Shown piece by piece: positions 19,634 to 29,500 of a stretch of DNA of 64,000 nt. Made by a program: the position numbers and the translations under genes. The stretch's first letter is position 1, and every line of letters begins with the position of its first letter. Source of the DNA: Phycisphaerae bacterium (GTDB lineage Bacteria; Planctomycetota; Phycisphaerae; UBA1845). The notes beneath the pieces are model-generated. The model saw only the letters and a program-made list of their open reading frames with translations, searched no databases and was not told the origin of the DNA. The stretch lies in contig CAXXGO010000001.1 of assembly GCA_963666835.2 (NCBI GenBank), positions 320,001-384,000 of the forward strand, written 5' to 3'.

Positions 19634-20299
19634 TTGGGGGAGACGGGAAAGCCGGAACGGATTACACTGCGCAGCGACCTGGCCCACTTGGGGGTGTTTG
19701 CCAAAGAGTACAGGAAGGATCTCCGGTCCGTGGCGAGATTTCGGTATAAGCTGCGCAAGTTCTTATTAAACAAGATCTTGCACGCGGACGATACTCCGCA
19801 CGCTATCGCCCTGGGGGTGGGGCTGTCCGTGCTGATCGCGTTCCTGCCGCTTGTGGGGCTGCAGACCGCGATTGCCGTGGGCTTGGCTGCACTCCTGCGG
19901 GCGAACAAGGCCGTGTGCTTCCCGATTGTCTGGATCACGAACCCGGCCACGATGTGGTTCATCTATGGCGGATGCTGGAAACTTGGGCATTGGATCGTCT
20001 CTTCCGCACCTCCGCACGGCGTGCCGGCGCCGCTAGCTCAACTGGAACAGTCTCCGACAACACCGTTCTACGATGTCGCATTCTGGGAAGAGAAGTTCAA
20101 GATCCTGATGGACCTAGGCAAGGAGCTCTGGATCGGCTGCCTGATTGTTGGTGCGGTGCTTGGGATTATCTCTTACGTAATAACCCACCGCGGGGTAATT
20201 GGCTACCGGGAACGTCGTCGACAGCGGATTCTCCGACGGAATATGTTCCGGGCGAAGCTACAGCATAGCAAGATCTCTCAGCGGGGTACCTCTTCCTGA
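19634..20299 (+). CDS. DUF2062 domain membrane protein
   Basis: DDTPHAIALGVGL, WITNPAT; true start may be GTG 19694 or 19730. Confidence 0.85.
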   Translation: MGETGKPERITLRSDLAHLGVFAKEYRKDLRSVARFRYKLRKFLLNKILHADDTPHAIALGVGLSVLIAFLPLVGLQTAIAVGLAALLRANKAVCFPIVWITNPATMWFIYGGCWKLGHWIVSSAPPHGVPAPLAQLEQSPTTPFYDVAFWEEKFKILMDLGKELWIGCLIVGAVLGIISYVITHRGVIGYRERRRQRILRRNMFRAKLQHSKISQRGTSS

Positions 20300-20315
20300 C
20301 GCACACCGCGACTCA

Positions 20316-21422
20316 TCACGTTCTGATCCGGTCAATCATCACGACGGCAACGGTGGCGAAGATGAAGATGGGAATCCAGGCCGGCAGCGCCGAAGCGGAC
20401 TCCGGCCGGACACTCTGGGCTACGAACGACACCACGTAGCACAGCCCGCAGATCAACATGCACTTACCGGTATCGTTCAGCACGTTGGCCGGCGAACGAT
20501 CGAGGAAGCAAGGCAACCCGAGCAGCAGCATAATCAGGCTCACGATCGGAGTGGCGATCCGTCCGTGTCGGGTATGGATGATGCTCGCCCGGTCCGCCGA
20601 GGCGTCGTCCTGCAGCTCCCGAAGCTGACGGAGGCTAAGAAACCGGATCCAACCCTCCGATTGCCGAAGTTGGATAGCCTCCGGGCTCAGATCGCTCTCG
20701 TAGTACAGCGGGTACGACTCCTCCTCACACTCCTCCGGACCCAATCCGGAATCGGCACAGCGAGTCCGGACCCGCTCACGCCCGCGCTCCAACCGCCATC
20801 GACCGTGGGGACGGGTCAGAGAAGGCGCCTCCCACACGGCGCGGTCCGCCTCGATGGTGCTGGTCACCGCTCCATTCTCGTTACGGGTCATCACCAGCAA
20901 GTTCCGCAGGTCGTGATTGGTCGGATGGAACTGCGCCGCCGACAGCAAAGCATCCCCTCGATCATGGAGAAACAGCACTTCGTAGGCCTTGCGTCCGTCG
21001 GAGTCGTCGTGGTCGCGCGACAACTGGTGGGCCACAGCCGGGATCAACAGCTCCGTGTCGATGACCAACAGCGCGGTTGTGGCCAGGCCAAAGAGAATCA
21101 CCGGGGCGGCCGCCCGGTACAGGCTCACGCCGGACGCCAGGATTGCGGTCATTTCGTTGAGTTTGCGCAGGCGAGCGAGGCTGGCCATGCACGCGAATAA
21201 CGAAATCACCCCGGATAACTGGGCGAAGTAGAGGAAGACGTTAGGCCCGTAGTACCCGACGATGTTCTTAATGACCGTCGCGAGCGGATAGCCCTGTTCC
21301 GTGAACTCGTCCATGTTCACGAACATGTCGAGCACCACGTACAGGCTGATCATGACCGCGAGAGCGATGACGTAGTTGATCATCAGCGAGCGAAGAATGT
21401 AACGATCGAGAATCGTGAGCAT
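20316..21422 (-). CDS. lptG: LptF/LptG family LPS export permease (LptG-like)
   Basis: MLTILDRYILRS, NEMTAILASGVSLYR, C-terminal AWIP; second gene of the pair. Confidence 0.85.
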   Translation of the reverse strand: MLTILDRYILRSLMINYVIALAVMISLYVVLDMFVNMDEFTEQGYPLATVIKNIVGYYGPNVFLYFAQLSGVISLFACMASLARLRKLNEMTAILASGVSLYRAAAPVILFGLATTALLVIDTELLIPAVAHQLSRDHDDSDGRKAYEVLFLHDRGDALLSAAQFHPTNHDLRNLLVMTRNENGAVTSTIEADRAVWEAPSLTRPHGRWRLERGRERVRTRCADSGLGPEECEEESYPLYYESDLSPEAIQLRQSEGWIRFLSLRQLRELQDDASADRASIIHTRHGRIATPIVSLIMLLLGLPCFLDRSPANVLNDTGKCMLICGLCYVVSFVAQSVRPESASALPAWIPIFIFATVAVVMIDRIRT

Positions 21423-21439
21423 TGCCAGCGTTTTCCGTA

Positions 21440-23032
21440 TCAGCGCCGCAGCACGCGGGTCAGGGTCCAGAAGTCTACCCCTGCAACAATCAGGATTCCG
21501 CTCCACATCAACAGCAAGCCCGGCAAATGGGTTGGCGCATTCTGGGACATCTGTTTGCCCATGACGATCGTGATTATCACGAACAGGGAGGGCACAAAGC
21601 TGATCCCAAAGGCCGTTACCGTGTGGGCGCCGCGAAAGATGATCCCCAGCACCGCTCCGAGAATAACCAGCACGAACGCGCTGGCGCTGAAGGCAAAACG
21701 CTCGCTGACGGTGGCTTTGATCTCACGGATTGTGTCCCCCAGGGCGTCCTGGACTTCCGCGCGTTTCTTAGCGAGCGGATCGACCCCGCCGGCCCCTTCG
21801 GTCGGAGCCATCAACTCCGCCGGGCTCATCTCTGCCACGTTGGCGGCGACCTGCTCGTCGATCGGAACGGGCCCCAGCTTCTCCTTGACACGCTGTGTAT
21901 CGCGGTTCCCTTCGGTCACGCGCACGTCGCGCAGCTCAATCTGCACGCCGGACTCCGCCAGGATCCTTCCGCCGACTACGCGGAGGTAGGCCTCTTTAGC
22001 CGAGAAGGACCGTCTTCGCCCTCCGCGGTCCTCACGAACCACAACGTCCTCGAGTTTGAAGCCGGTCTCCTGCGGCTCGAACGCTCGTGCCGAACGGACC
22101 ACATACTGCACACCGTCGCCTGCGAGGGTCAGTTCCTGTCCATCCAGCCAATCATCGAGCAGGGCTCCGTAGACCATCCACTGCCCGACCCCGATCCGAA
22201 GCTGTCTGACTTCCTTGCGGACATCCAGCCAGTCATGCGGGTCGCGCCAGCGTGCGAGTAGTTCGGCGAGATTGAGGAACTTGATCTTCTGGGGGACTAA
22301 GCTGGGGATTTCGTTCTCGGGAAAGGTCTGCTGCTGCTCCTCGAGAAACTGGTGGGTGCGGCGATCGTAATAACTCAGACCGCTCATCACGGCCGACACC
22401 CCGATCCGACTCTCCGTCCGGCGGACATTGAGATCAACACGGCGGGCGGTTCCGAATCCGACCCATTCTCCGTCGTCGACCTTGACGTAAGCCACCCGGT
22501 GCAGACTGATTCGATTGGCGTCGCCTAAGTCCACCGTGGTTTCGTCGGCATAGACCCGGTACCCGCCGGGCAACGTAAGTCCGCGCGGCCGGTTCAGCCG
22601 CCGCTGGATCATAGTCCCCAGATCCGCCCCGATGAACTCGTTCAGATTCCGCACCATGCCGGGAATCGCGAAGTTGATCAGAACGAACGTAACGGCCGCG
22701 GAGAACAGGCTGAGCGCCACCGACGGTAGAAAGAGCACGTGCATGTTGATCCCGCTGCTGCGGCAGGCGACGAACTCATTGTCGGCACTGAATCTTCCGT
22801 ACGTGGCCGCGGAGCTGAACAACGCGGCAATCGGGAGGGTCAGCGCCGCGGAGATCGGCAATACCAGCAGCATCATTCGCAGGAGCTGTTCCGGCGTGGC
22901 GTCCCCCAACTTGATCATGTTGAGTACGCCCCCGCCCAGTCCGAGCACACCGGTGAGGGCCACGACCGTCAGCAGGAAGGTCTTGCCGAGTTCGCGGAAG
23001 ATGTAACGTTGCAGCGTCCAGGGAAACGCCAT
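21440..23032 (-). CDS. lptF: LptF/LptG family LPS export permease (LptF-like, enlarged periplasmic region)
   Basis: TLQRYIFRE, YGRFSADNEFVACRSSGI, LGAVLG. Confidence 0.85.
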   Translation of the reverse strand: MAFPWTLQRYIFRELGKTFLLTVVALTGVLGLGGGVLNMIKLGDATPEQLLRMMLLVLPISAALTLPIAALFSSAATYGRFSADNEFVACRSSGINMHVLFLPSVALSLFSAAVTFVLINFAIPGMVRNLNEFIGADLGTMIQRRLNRPRGLTLPGGYRVYADETTVDLGDANRISLHRVAYVKVDDGEWVGFGTARRVDLNVRRTESRIGVSAVMSGLSYYDRRTHQFLEEQQQTFPENEIPSLVPQKIKFLNLAELLARWRDPHDWLDVRKEVRQLRIGVGQWMVYGALLDDWLDGQELTLAGDGVQYVVRSARAFEPQETGFKLEDVVVREDRGGRRRSFSAKEAYLRVVGGRILAESGVQIELRDVRVTEGNRDTQRVKEKLGPVPIDEQVAANVAEMSPAELMAPTEGAGGVDPLAKKRAEVQDALGDTIREIKATVSERFAFSASAFVLVILGAVLGIIFRGAHTVTAFGISFVPSLFVIITIVMGKQMSQNAPTHLPGLLLMWSGILIVAGVDFWTLTRVLRR

Positions 23033-23306
23033 GAGGGATACCTGTTGGCCGCGCCGAGGTCTGCTCCAACCGTGGAACCCACCCCGCTTCAGCCGTACGG
23101 ACACCACTGCCCCCGCCGCCTAGCCGCCGGGTTGCAGGTTGACGCGAAATCGTAGACTCTGCGGTCGACATTGCAACCGAAACGGCGGAAAAGCCGCCCC
23201 TACCCGTGGAAAACCGTGTGCCGGATACCGCAGAAAAGCCGATAACAACCCTGATATCAGTGGTAGTAGTGCGCATTTGACCTACGAACTAACGGGAGTC
23301 CGCTCG

Positions 23307-24929
23307 GTGGAGCCCAGCTTCCAACGGAAAATCGTCCCTCTCAACGAGCTGCTGACGGCCGTTGATGCGGCGCGTCGAGCCGGGCATAGCATTGTCCAAT
23401 GCCACGGGTGCTTCGACATTGTGCACCCCGGGCACATTCGCTATCTGGAATTCGCCCGGCAGCAGGGCGACGTGCTGGTGGTCACGCTTACCGGCGACTC
23501 CGACATCTCCAAGGGAGCGGAGCGTCCGTACATCCCCCAGGAGCTTCGGGCGGAGAACCTCGCCGCGCTGATGTTCGTGGATTACGTCTGTATCACGTCT
23601 TCGCCGACAGCGGTGACCGTCCTCGCCCAGGTTAAACCCGATGTCTACGTGAAAGGGCGCGAGTACGAGCGGTCCGGCGACCCGCGGTTTCTGGCGGAGA
23701 AGGCGGTCGTCGAGGAGTACGGCGGGCGGATCATCTTCTCGAGCGGCGAGATCGTGTTCAGCTCGACCGAGCTGATCGAACGAATTCCCCGAAGTCGCGA
23801 AACGGAACTACACCGCGTCGACCTGTTATGCCGACGGTACGACATAGACTCTTCTGCCATTGAGGTGTCACTCGATCGATTCCGCAACCTGAGAGTCCTG
23901 GTTGTGGGGGACCTGGTTATCGACCGGTATGTGCTCTGCGATGCCATCGGCGTGGCAAGCGAATCGCCCATGATCAGCCTGGTCCAGCGCGACGAGCGAA
24001 GCTACGTCGGCGGCGCGGGAATCGTCGCCCGGCATGTTGCGGCGTTGGGAGCCCAGGCCTTCTTGCTGGCTGCCGGAGGGACGGACGAGTCGACCTCCAT
24101 GGCCTTCGATGTGCTTACCGGCGAAGGGGTCGAGACCGAGTTCCTCGGGTCGCGGCCGGCCTTGGTAGAGAAGACCCGCTTCCTCTCCGATGACAGCAAG
24201 CTTTTCAAGGTCGACCGGGCCCAGCGTCTTCCGCTGGACTCGCTTGCCGAGAAGCGCGCCGCAGTAATCCTGGAACAACAGGCCAAGACGGTCGACGCGG
24301 TCATCTTCTGCGACTTCGGCTACGGAATGATCACCGGCAGCCTCCTGGCTCGTGTGCTGCCCACTCTGCGCCAAAACGTGCCGATTCTCACGGCCGATGT
24401 CAGCGGCGGAAGGGCCAACCTGCTCGACTTCCGCCATGTGGATCTGCTCTGCCCGACCGAGCGCGAAGCTCGCGCCATGCTGAACGATTTCGACTCCGGG
24501 CTGTCCAACGTTGCCTGGAAGGTCCTTCAAGAAACCCAAGCCCGGCATCTGATCGTTACGCTCGAAAAACGCGGCTTAGTCGTGTTCGAACGGGCCAGCC
24601 AGGACCGCGGCTCGCGGGATTGGAACGGTAGATTGAAAAGTGCGCAACTGCCCTCGTTCGCCGAGCACGCCGTCGATCGCCTCGGCTGTGGTGATGCCCT
24701 GCTGGCCGCGGCGACTCTTTCGCTGGCCGCCGGAGATGGGCTGATGCAGGCCGCCTACCTCGGCAACGCTGCGGCCGTTATGGAGATCTCCATGCTAGGC
24801 AATCATCCCGTCGACGTAGCTCGCCTGCGCGACTGGCTGGACACCCGCCGCGAGCTTCGGGTGCCGCCGACCGCAGTGCCGGGCAATATGGCGGGGCACC
24901 CCCCGCTACGACCGATTGAAGCAAGCTGA
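23307..24929 (+). CDS. hldE: Bifunctional heptose nucleotidyltransferase / PfkB-type kinase (HldE/RfaE-like, reversed domain order)
   Basis: N-terminal GCFDIVHPGH, KPDVYVKG; C-terminal VVGDLVIDRY, GGAG, DFGYG, DRLGCGD. Confidence 0.85.
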   Translation: MEPSFQRKIVPLNELLTAVDAARRAGHSIVQCHGCFDIVHPGHIRYLEFARQQGDVLVVTLTGDSDISKGAERPYIPQELRAENLAALMFVDYVCITSSPTAVTVLAQVKPDVYVKGREYERSGDPRFLAEKAVVEEYGGRIIFSSGEIVFSSTELIERIPRSRETELHRVDLLCRRYDIDSSAIEVSLDRFRNLRVLVVGDLVIDRYVLCDAIGVASESPMISLVQRDERSYVGGAGIVARHVAALGAQAFLLAAGGTDESTSMAFDVLTGEGVETEFLGSRPALVEKTRFLSDDSKLFKVDRAQRLPLDSLAEKRAAVILEQQAKTVDAVIFCDFGYGMITGSLLARVLPTLRQNVPILTADVSGGRANLLDFRHVDLLCPTEREARAMLNDFDSGLSNVAWKVLQETQARHLIVTLEKRGLVVFERASQDRGSRDWNGRLKSAQLPSFAEHAVDRLGCGDALLAAATLSLAAGDGLMQAAYLGNAAAVMEISMLGNHPVDVARLRDWLDTRRELRVPPTAVPGNMAGHPPLRPIEAS

Positions 24930-24973
24930 CCCTATCTCCCCGCCCGGTCATTTGGCAAAAACCCTGTCAGATT

Positions 24974-25880
24974 TTAGGGCACGGTCGCGGAACGAGACCT
25001 GTCGTCGCGGGTGGCATGGGCAAGCGTAGCCGATTTACGTAGTGCGGTCCCGTTCGTCACTCGATCTCGCGTTAGGGGCATGGACCGTTCCAGCTTGCCC
25101 GTGGGTGCCTGCGGCTCTCCAAGCTCTACGGGTCAACAAGTTGACCCATTCCACCCGGGTGTCATCGCCTGTAGGGCACGGTCGAGGTACGAGACCTGCC
25201 ACGATGGCGCACGTCGCGCGAAGACCACGGCAGGTCTCGTTCCTCGACCATGCCCTACACCCGCGTGTCTCGCGCAATCAGCCCGCAAGGAGCTTGGCGC
25301 GAAGCGGCCACACGGTTTCCCCAGGCTTGCGCCGTGGGGCTTCAGGATCTGTCGCCCCAACGGGCTGCCGGCCTTCGGCGTATGTTCGGAAGACCCACGT
25401 CGCGCAAGGGCTGCAGGCAAGGATGCCTGCGCTACGCAAGAGCAACGGCAGGTCTCGTTCCTCGACCATGCCCTACACCCGCGTGTCTCGCGCAATCAGC
25501 CCGCAAGGAGCTTGGCGCGAAGCGGCCACACGGTTTCCCCAGGCTTGCGCCGTGGGGCTTCAGGATCTGTCGCCCCAACGGGCTGCCGGCCTTCGGCGTA
25601 TGTTCGGAAGACCCACGTCGCGCAAGGGCTGCAGGCAAGGATGCCTGCGCTACGCAAGAGCAACGGCAGGTCTCGTTCCTCGACCATGCCCTACACCCGC
25701 GTGTCTCGCGCAATCAGCCCGCAAGGAGCTTGGCGCGAAGTGGCTACACGCCCAAAGTCCCTTCGGGACGATTACCCACATGGCGGCCCGACGAAGGTTA
25801 GTACCATTGGGCAGAGCCTGACCTACTTGCTTCATCAAAGGGCTTGTTCCAGGGGGGCAGGCTGGAAGCCTGCGTTACGC
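24974..25880. repeat. REP mosaic containing a 218-bp tandem repeat (about 2.35 copies)
   Basis: REP copies at 24974, 25171 (+) and 25229, 25447, 25665 (-); units start at 25228, 25446, 25664; half of element E at ~25757-25828. Confidence 0.9.
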
Positions 25881-25999
25881 GGTCGGTTGAAGCAAGCTGA
25901 AATTCGACCACCCGTCCCGAAAAAGCAATAACGCCTCAAGCCCCGAAACGTCAACAGTTATAGAAGAGGCGTGGATTTCTCATCGCCACTCGCGGTTTC

Positions 26000-26431
26000 T
26001 TGATTTATGATATGGATGCCATGACGGATCTAAACCACATCCCCGAGCATCTGCGGACGCCGAGAGTAGAGCGCTGCGGTTTGTTGCGATCACCAATACT
26101 CCGGATCTTCATCTTTGCCTTGCCGGGCATTCTCCTTCTGGCCGGCGGAACGACCGCAACACCGTACGTCCCGTCGCCGGTGCCGAATTTGATCACTAAT
26201 GGTGTGGCCTCACTGCTCCATCCCGACAACTGGCCCGCGTTGTTCGCCTGCTCGATCTTGATCTGTCTTCCGGGGTACTTGCTGTATGTTGGCGCGGACT
26301 ATCTGGCTGAGGTCACTGCGGCTCGGATGATGCCCGCCGACACTACTTCGGCAGTCGTGTTCCGAGTTGTAGCATACCTTATCGCACTCGCCGCCGCGTA
26401 CTACGCTCTGGCGCGCCTGCTGGGGTCGTGA
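26000..26431 (+). CDS. Small hypothetical membrane protein (3 TM)
   Basis: Three hydrophobic segments; fills the space between repeat blocks; start uncertain. Confidence 0.55.
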   Translation: MIYDMDAMTDLNHIPEHLRTPRVERCGLLRSPILRIFIFALPGILLLAGGTTATPYVPSPVPNLITNGVASLLHPDNWPALFACSILICLPGYLLYVGADYLAEVTAARMMPADTTSAVVFRVVAYLIALAAAYYALARLLGS

Positions 26432-26432
26432 A

Positions 26433-26596
26433 GGTCCGGGCTATCCACGCAAGCGAAGTGCAGGCGGTAAGTCAATGTAGCGCCAGGGCTTGTCCCTGGC
26501 GTGGAAGCGTGATGTGTTACTTTGACACCATCCACAACGGATGACGCTACAGTGAGTTACGCGCATTTGCGCGGACTTTGTGAATAATCCGGGCTA
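26433..26596 (+). mobile_element. ~165-bp MITE-like element H with internal GTAG REP doublet
   Basis: Ends CCGGGCTATCCAC / GTGAATAATCCGGGCTA; internal GTAGCGCCAGGGCTTGTCCCTGGCG; inverted homolog at 51660-51825. Confidence 0.75.
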
Positions 26597-29500
26597 CGGC
26601 GCGACCTCGCTGAGGGTATGCCTCTTGGCACCTTCAATGATACGGCTTACTTCTTCGAGGCGGGTCGGTCCGGGCTGCGGCCGTTCCTCTTCCCGGAGCT
26701 CGACGGGCTCGGGCATTTCGACCTCGGCCTTCGGCTTGGACGCTTCACGTACTTTCGGTTCGCTGAGCATCCTCAGCCGGCTGGCCGGTCCGGCTTCGCC
26801 GTCGCGAGTAAGTGGCGAACTGAGCTGGGACATTCTCCGCAGGCTGTTGACGGAATGGGTCTCGCTGAGTGAGGGGCACTCTTTGAGAGTGTTTTCCAGG
26901 CGTGTCTGCACACGCATGGCCTCTTCGACCCACTCGCGCAGGGCGTTGCTGGCCTGATCCGTTTCTGCGGAGAGCAACGACAGGCGTTCGACGGCCCGGC
27001 GATTAAGATCCTTGGATTCGTCCGCGCTCTTTTTGGCTTCCTGGCTGGCCTGCCAGAGTCCGGCGAAGACCTTTCGCACGGCGGCGCACACTCGTTCCAA
27101 CTGGGCGGCTTGGGCTTGGGCGCTGGCGACGATTTCGGAAGGTTTGGCAGACATCTGCTGCACCGATTCATCGATCTGGCTCGCCTTCCGCTCAAGAGCT
27201 TGCAGTTCGTCACGAAGGGTCTCACATTGGGTCGCAAACTCGTTGAGGAGGCGTTCACCGGCTTCGGCCGTGCTCTCGGCCGACTCGACGTACTCGGACA
27301 ATTGAATGGTGGACACCTCGGATTCGTGATTGAGCCGGGCTTGGGTTTCGACCAGCTCCCCGGCGGTCGCGCTGGCGTCCTGGAGCTTGGCGGTCTGCTG
27401 AATCGCGTTGTCGACCGCGATAGCCAGCTCACCATGGGCCGCCCGAGCTTCGTCGACTGCCTTCCTCACGCAACCGTCCACTTCCTTGGCGGTGGCGAGA
27501 ATGCGCGAGATCCGCTGCAGGCGATCGACGAGACCGCCGGCCTTATCCGCTTCGGTCTTGACCCTCTTGATTTCGCGGTCGGCGATGTCGATCCGGCCGG
27601 CCAGCTCGCTGGAGATGTTGGACGCGGATACCGTGCCTTCCTGCATTTGACTTATCAGTTGTTCGGCGCGGGTATTACCTTCAGTGAGTTCGTGGGCGGC
27701 GTTCTCCGATAGTTCCGCCAGCGAAGCCACTTCGATGTTGACGGCGGCAAGCTTCTTCTGAGCTTCACCCGCCTTTTGGATGAGTTCGTGTCCGTTCTTG
27801 TTAGCCTCTCCCAGTTCGCCCAGGAGATGCCCCGCGGCAGCGGTGTGAGAGGCAAGCGGTCCGATCTTACTCTCGGCGTCTGTGGCGATGCGTTGCACGG
27901 CATCGCGGACGTTGTTGGCATCCATAACCATGTCGCGTAGTCGACGGTCCACTTGTTCGGCATCGGTCCGGGCCGACTCGAGGCGAGCGATCACCTGCTG
28001 CCCGTATTGGTTCTGCTCGTGTATCTCGACGAGTCGCTCGTGAGCGGTGCCTATCTCGACGAGCACCCCCGCGACGTTACGCTGCATCGTCTCAATCTGC
28101 CCGTAGCACTTGTCGGCGCTGCGGAGCATGTCCTCGCCGCGCTCCAGAACCTCGGCCAGACTGCCGGCGGCGGTGTCGGCCCGGGCGCTCTCGTCGGTGA
28201 TTACGATCTGCATCCGTTTGACGACGCCGCTCATTTCAGAAAGCCGTTGATCCGTGGCTTCGACACCGTTGGCCAGGGTAGTGAAGGTCGAATCCACTTC
28301 GGCTTGGCGGCTGCGGACGGTCTCCAGTCGGCTGTTGATCTCCGAGACATCCCGACGCACGTCCTCGACGATTCCTGCGCGAAGATGTTGGCAATCCTTC
28401 AAGGCGTCCCGCCCTTCGTCGGAAACGGACTTCATCTCGGCGCGAATGGTTTCAAGATCGTCGCACGCGGCCTCGTAGGCCTCTTGCAGTTGCTGTTGGA
28501 ACCGGTCTTGCGCGGCGGAGGTTAGTTCTGTAATCTCGCGGCGTAGGTCTTCGGCGATTCGGGTGCGCAGGTGCTCGCACTCCTTCAGAGTCTCCCGCCC
28601 GTCAGTGGTGGCGGAGGTTATTTCATTGCGAATCGTCTCGAGGTCTTGGCTGGCCGTCTCGGATGCCGTTTGCAGTTGCTGGCGGAACCGAGCCAGGGCG
28701 GCGGAAGCAAGTTGTTTATGCATGCCGTCCACAGCCTCTGCACGTTCATTCAGATCCGTCGCGCATCCTTTGACAGTTCGCTCGGCCTCGGCCACGGCGG
28801 TGCTCGTTTGCTGCAGTAGGCTTTGCAACTCCTCCTGCGCGGCCTGGACCTCTTCGCGCATGCTGCTCTGCTGCGCCGCGAGCGCCTCAGCCAGTCTCAT
28901 CCGCGCATCATGCAGAGTTGAATCGACAAAGGTCTTGCGCACCTGTTCCACTTCCCTGAGCGCCTCTTCGGCGGCGGCCTGTTGCGCGGCGACGGCTACG
29001 TCTACATGAGAGACGGAGTCGGCGGCCCGGTCGATCATTGCGCAGATGCGTTGTTCGGCATCTTTCGAGGTTTGGGTCGTCTGCTCGAGAAGCTGCTGAA
29101 GTCGGCGCTCGGCGTCACTTGTACGGCACAAAGCTTCATCGACGGCGGCCTGGATCGTCGTTCTGGTTTCTTTGGCGGTCTCGTCGTGGTCGCGAGCTAA
29201 TCCGCTGAAGTAGTCATCGATCCGAGCTCGGCACTCGCGCCACGCGGTTTCGGTAAGTCTTTCGTGTGTGCGTTCGCCTTCCTCGATGCCCTCCTGGAGT
29301 TTCCGGCATTGTGCTGCGGCGGCCTCCTGAGCCCCGGTGGATTCCGCCGAGATCTGTGCAAGGATGGTCTGGAGTTTGCCCTTCAGTTCGTCACTCGCAT
29401 CGAGCCCGGTCATCAGTTGGGCGATGCTCTGCTGAACCCGGTCGCCGCGATCGGCCAGTTCCTCGGCAAACGCGGTGAGGCGTTCCTCAACGCGGTCGGA

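Noticed and set aside
25011..25931. Long ORFs across the repeat mosaics (also 11936-12703, 13918-14511, 55901-56533)
   Set aside because: Translations are repeat-derived (AGLVPRPCPT etc.) with no protein motifs; GC-rich palindromes are stop-poor
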